Origin: Bacteroidota bacterium
Lineage (GTDB): Bacteria; Bacteroidota; Bacteroidia; Flavobacteriales; Flavobacteriaceae
Length of the DNA: 64,000 bases
NCBI GenBank assembly: GCA_040385445.1
Contig: JAZKHI010000027.1
Location: 14,549-78,548 of the forward strand
Direction of reading: 5' to 3'
Shown: positions 57,476 to 64,000 of the stretch, one piece after another
How the letters are laid out: each line of letters opens with the position of its first letter
Numbering within the stretch: the stretch's first letter is position 1
The notes under the pieces: generated by a model
Told to the model about the DNA's origin: nothing
Databases searched by the model: none
The model's input: only the letters and a program-made list of their open reading frames with translations
Program-made: the position numbers and the translations under genes

Positions 57476-58174
57476 TTAATATCCTTCTAAAATTGTAATA
57501 ATTTCTTCTTTTTTGTTTCTACTTAACGGAATTTTTTCACCGTCAATTTCCACTTGCTTGCTATTAAAGCGTTCTACTTTATCTAAATTGATAATGTACG
57601 ATTTGTGAATTCTTAGGAAATTATCTTTAGGAAGTTCTGTTTCGAAAGCTTTCATCGTAGATAATACTAAATGTGTGTCTTCGTAAGTCACTACCTTAAT
57701 ATAATCTCCAAAAGCTTCTACCCATTTAATATGAGAAGTGTATACTTTTATTTTCTTTAGATTACTCTTGATAATTAAATGCGGACCGTGATCGTCATGA
57801 ATTTGATCATGTTTCAATTGGTGCATTTCCAAAGCTTTTTTTACAGAAACTAAAAAGCGTTCTTTCTTAATTGGTTTTTGTAAAAAATCTAAGGCTGAAT
57901 ATTCAAAAGCTTTTACGGCATAATCAGCTTTAGAAGTTATAAATACAATTAATGGCTTTATTTTTAATCCATCAAGTAAATCAAAGCCAGTAATATGTGG
58001 CATTTCAATATCTAAAAAGATTAAATCTACGTGATTATTTGTGATATAACTTTTAGCTTCTAATGCATTCGAAAAATCTCCTCCTAATCTTAAGTTAGTA
58101 TGTTCAGAAATTAATTTAGCAATAGTAATTCGTTGAATTGAACTGTCATCAACAACAATAGTATTTAACTTCAT
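57476..58174 (-). CDS. LytR/AlgR family response regulator
   Basis: Receiver domain (DD, FLDIEMP, KP) plus LytTR domain (FLRIHKSYIIN). Confidence 0.92.
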   Translation of the reverse strand: MKLNTIVVDDSSIQRITIAKLISEHTNLRLGGDFSNALEAKSYITNNHVDLIFLDIEMPHITGFDLLDGLKIKPLIVFITSKADYAVKAFEYSALDFLQKPIKKERFLVSVKKALEMHQLKHDQIHDDHGPHLIIKSNLKKIKVYTSHIKWVEAFGDYIKVVTYEDTHLVLSTMKAFETELPKDNFLRIHKSYIINLDKVERFNSKQVEIDGEKIPLSRNKKEEIITILEGY

Positions 58175-58351
58175 AGGCTGTAGGGATTAATTAAGTGATA
58201 AGATTCTATCATTTAATTTTAATTAACAGGATAAAAATAAGAAAAATATTGAGAATAAACTAATATTATGCTAAAAAAAAATACTTATTATAGGATTTGT
58301 AAATTAAATATAATTGTATATCTTTGCACCCAATTTAAAAAATACGTACAA

Positions 58352-58693
58352 ATGAAAAATTACGAAACTGTTTTCATTTTGAATCCCGTTTTATCTGATG
58401 TTCAGGTAAAGGAAACAGTAAGCAAATTTGAAGATTTTCTTACTTCTAAGGGTGCTAAAATGGTATCAAAAGAGGATTGGGGCTTAAAAAAATTAGCCTA
58501 TGAAATCCAACACAAAAAAAGTGGTTTTTACCATTTATTTGAGTATCAAGCTCCAGCTGAATTAATCATTTCTTTAGAAACTGAATTCAGAAGAGATGAA
58601 AGAATCATGAGATTCTTAACTGTTTCTTTAGACAAGCATGCAATTTCTTGGGCTGAAAGAAGAAGAGAAAAATTAAAAACTAAAGGTAACTAA
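58352..58693 (+). CDS. rpsF: 30S ribosomal protein S6
   Basis: [18 protein letters not shown]; -7 box TATCTTTG at 58319 supports this start. Confidence 0.95.
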   Translation: MKNYETVFILNPVLSDVQVKETVSKFEDFLTSKGAKMVSKEDWGLKKLAYEIQHKKSGFYHLFEYQAPAELIISLETEFRRDERIMRFLTVSLDKHAISWAERRREKLKTKGN

Positions 58694-58695
58694 TC

Positions 58696-58983
58696 ATGTC
58701 GATAGCTAACAACGGTAAAAAAGAAGGAGATATCAGATATCTTACTCCTTTAAACATTGATACTAACAAACAAAAAAAATATTGTCGTTTCAAAAAATCT
58801 GGTATCAAGTATATCGATTATAAAGATGGTGACTTTTTATTAAAGTTTGTAAACGAGCAAGGTAAAATCTTACCAAGACGTTTAACTGGTACTTCATTAA
58901 AATTCCAAAGAAAAGTGTCTGTTGCTGTAAAAAGAGCACGTCACTTAGCTTTAATGCCTTACGTGGCGGATTTATTAAAATAA
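58696..58983 (+). CDS. rpsR: 30S ribosomal protein S18
   Basis: [28 protein letters not shown]. Confidence 0.97.
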   Translation: MSIANNGKKEGDIRYLTPLNIDTNKQKKYCRFKKSGIKYIDYKDGDFLLKFVNEQGKILPRRLTGTSLKFQRKVSVAVKRARHLALMPYVADLLK

Positions 58984-59045
58984 TATTAATCATTTGTTGG
59001 TTTTCGTTTAGCGGAACCTAACTTATATAAAAAAAGGACAACAAA

Positions 59046-59489
59046 ATGGAACTAATTTTAAAACAAGACGTTCAAAATTTAGGTTTTAAAGATGATGTAG
59101 TAACTGTGAAAAACGGATACGGTCGTAACTTTTTAATTCCTCAAGGAGCAGCTATTTTAGCTACTTCTTCTGCTAAAAAAGTATTAGCTGAAAATTTAAA
59201 ACAAAAAGCTCATAAAGAAGCTAAAGTTGTTGCAGATGCGAAAGCAACTGCTGAAGCAATCAAAGCTTTAGAGATAAAAATTACTGCAAAAGCAGGTGGT
59301 GAAAAATTATTCGGATCAATTTCTAATGCTGATATCGCGCAAGCTTTAGAAGCAAACGGACAATCAATCGACAGAAAATTTATTACTTCTGGTATTGTTA
59401 AAAGAACTGGTAAATATAATGCTACTATCCGTTTACACAGAGAAGTAATCATTGAATTACCTTATGAAATTGTTGCTGAAAAAGCATAA
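59046..59489 (+). CDS. rplI: 50S ribosomal protein L9
   Basis: VKNGYGRNFLIP, KLFGS. Confidence 0.97.
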   Translation: MELILKQDVQNLGFKDDVVTVKNGYGRNFLIPQGAAILATSSAKKVLAENLKQKAHKEAKVVADAKATAEAIKALEIKITAKAGGEKLFGSISNADIAQALEANGQSIDRKFITSGIVKRTGKYNATIRLHREVIIELPYEIVAEKA

Positions 59490-59510
59490 TTTTATTTAAA
59501 ATATTTCTTT

Positions 59511-59540
59511 AAAAAGCGTTGCAATTGCAACGCTTTTTTT
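59511..59540 (+). terminator. Intrinsic terminator after rplI
   Basis: aaaaagcgttgcaattgcaacgcttttttt perfect hairpin. Confidence 0.85.
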
Positions 59541-59600
59541 ATTTTTACGAAACCTTAAGTTTTTAAAACGAAATCGCATTTAAAATAGTTTTGCAGAAAT

Positions 59601-62742
<3,142 letters not shown>

Positions 62743-62743
<1 letters not shown>

Positions 62744-63465
62744 TGAAAAACAATATTCAGGGTTTATTGAAGCGTGATTTAGAGGTAATTCCTTTAATAG
62801 CGTATTTTATTTTCTATTTCTTATATCTTTTATTTGATAGGATATTAGAACAGCCGGATTATGCAGTTCTTGTAAAGCCTATAATTATTCCTATTATTGC
62901 TTTTTTGTATTTATCTAATAAGAATAGTAAACGTACTTTGCTAAATATCATCTTATTAGTATTAATTTTTATATCAGACAATTCCACACTATTAGAAATA
63001 AGAGCATTTCATGTTTATGCGACAATAATTTATATGCTAAGTATATATGTGTTATTTTATTATGCAGTTTTAGACATGAAGTATTGTGTGAAAAAACAGC
63101 TAAATAAGAATATAGCTGGTATTGTAATACTTAGTATTTTCGGAATTATTTTGTTCTATTGGTTTTTAACTTTTAAGCCCAATGATAAAATTGCAGAAAA
63201 ATTTATTGTATTCGAATATATGATAGTTTTTTTGCTTTTGTTTTTATTAAGTTTTTTTAATTATGTTCAGCAAAAATCAAGAAAGACAAAGTATTTATTT
63301 TTAACCATACTATGTATTTTCTTGTCGGAACTTTGTTTTTCAATACATCATTATTATAATGGTCATATTGCTTTTAAATACCTGATTTGTATTGTCGAAG
63401 TACCAGTTTACTACTTCTTATTGAAATATTTATTAAGGAGAGATAAGGAAGTTATTGAACAATAA
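62743..63465 (+). CDS. YhhN-like membrane protein (paralogue-like)
   Basis: Multi-TM, VKP, FISD and FLSE motifs. Confidence 0.45.
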
Positions 63466-64000
63466 TATTCTTTTCTTGACTAATGTATTTCGAATCGTCA
63501 CTTAAATAAAAATCGATTCTACCTAAGTTTATTCCGTAAGCGCCAACTTGGTTTACCACAACTTGTTTACCAACTTTGTTCTTTTTGATAATTGGTTTAT
63601 CTAAAAAAGTATGTGTGTGACCACCAATAATTAAATCGATATCTTGTGTTGATTCAGCTAATTTGATATCTGAAGGTTTGTTTGGCTCATTTTTGTAATC
63701 GAATCCTAAATGCGATAAACAAATGATTAAATCACATTTTTCCGTTTCTTTTAATGTTTTAGAAACATCAGTAGCTACTTCAATTGGATTGTTGTAAACG
63801 GTTTCTTTATATAATTTTTTGTCAACTAAACCTTCCAATTGAACGCCTAATCCGAAAACACCAATTTTAATTCCGTCTTTTATAAATGTTTTATATGGTT
63901 TTACAATTCCATTCAACACTGTGTTTTTAAAATCGTAATTAGCAGAAACAAATTCAAAATTAGCATGTGGTAATTGTGCATAAAACCCGTCAATACCATT
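63452..64000 (-). CDS. 5'-nucleotidase/metallophosphoesterase, 3' part (start lies beyond the window)
   Basis: SANYD, ICLSHLG, DLIIGGHTHT. Confidence 0.85.
   Translation of the reverse strand, partial: NGIDGFYAQLPHANFEFVSANYDFKNTVLNGIVKPYKTFIKDGIKIGVFGLGVQLEGLVDKKLYKETVYNNPIEVATDVSKTLKETEKCDLIICLSHLGFDYKNEPNKPSDIKLAESTQDIDLIIGGHTHTFLDKPIIKKNKVGKQVVVNQVGAYGINLGRIDFYLSDDSKYISQEKNIIVQ

Overview
AT-rich chromosomal window from a Bacteroidota bacterium, very probably Flavobacterium or a relative (inferred from gene content and TAnnTTTG -7 promoter boxes). Positions 1-6052 and 27988-64000 are mostly ordinary genes (pabB-like, tilS, dsbD, trxB, gmk, nadD, gpsA, priA, rpsF-rpsR-rplI, ligA). The notable part is a complete 21,935-bp Tn7-like transposon (6053-27987; TGT...ACA ends, 5-bp target duplication GCGGT) that splits comM/yifB inside its LVGGG motif. 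It encodes TnsA, TnsB, TnsC, a short TniQ and a convergent TnsE-like gene, with no recognisable TnsD, TnsF or CRISPR target selector. Its cargo has three parts. (i) An integrase-less array of co-oriented gene cassettes (6228-~15530) separated by seven attC-like hairpin sites of two families. In the best-preserved cassettes the GTT start is complementary to the cassette's own AAC end. The genes look like defence or toxin genes: permuted NlpC/P60, two ADP-ribosyltransferase-like proteins, CHAT protease, two HEPN proteins and Shedu. (ii) A coupled three-gene unit: possible histone-fold protein, membrane protein, SIR2-like protein. (iii) A CBASS operon (LRAT-like hydrolase, patatin, CD-NTase, stand-alone E2/SEC-C) divergent from a CapH/CapP-like HTH plus metallopeptidase pair that appears co-transcribed with the TnsE-like gene. 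All protein calls come from motifs read by eye; no database searches were run.
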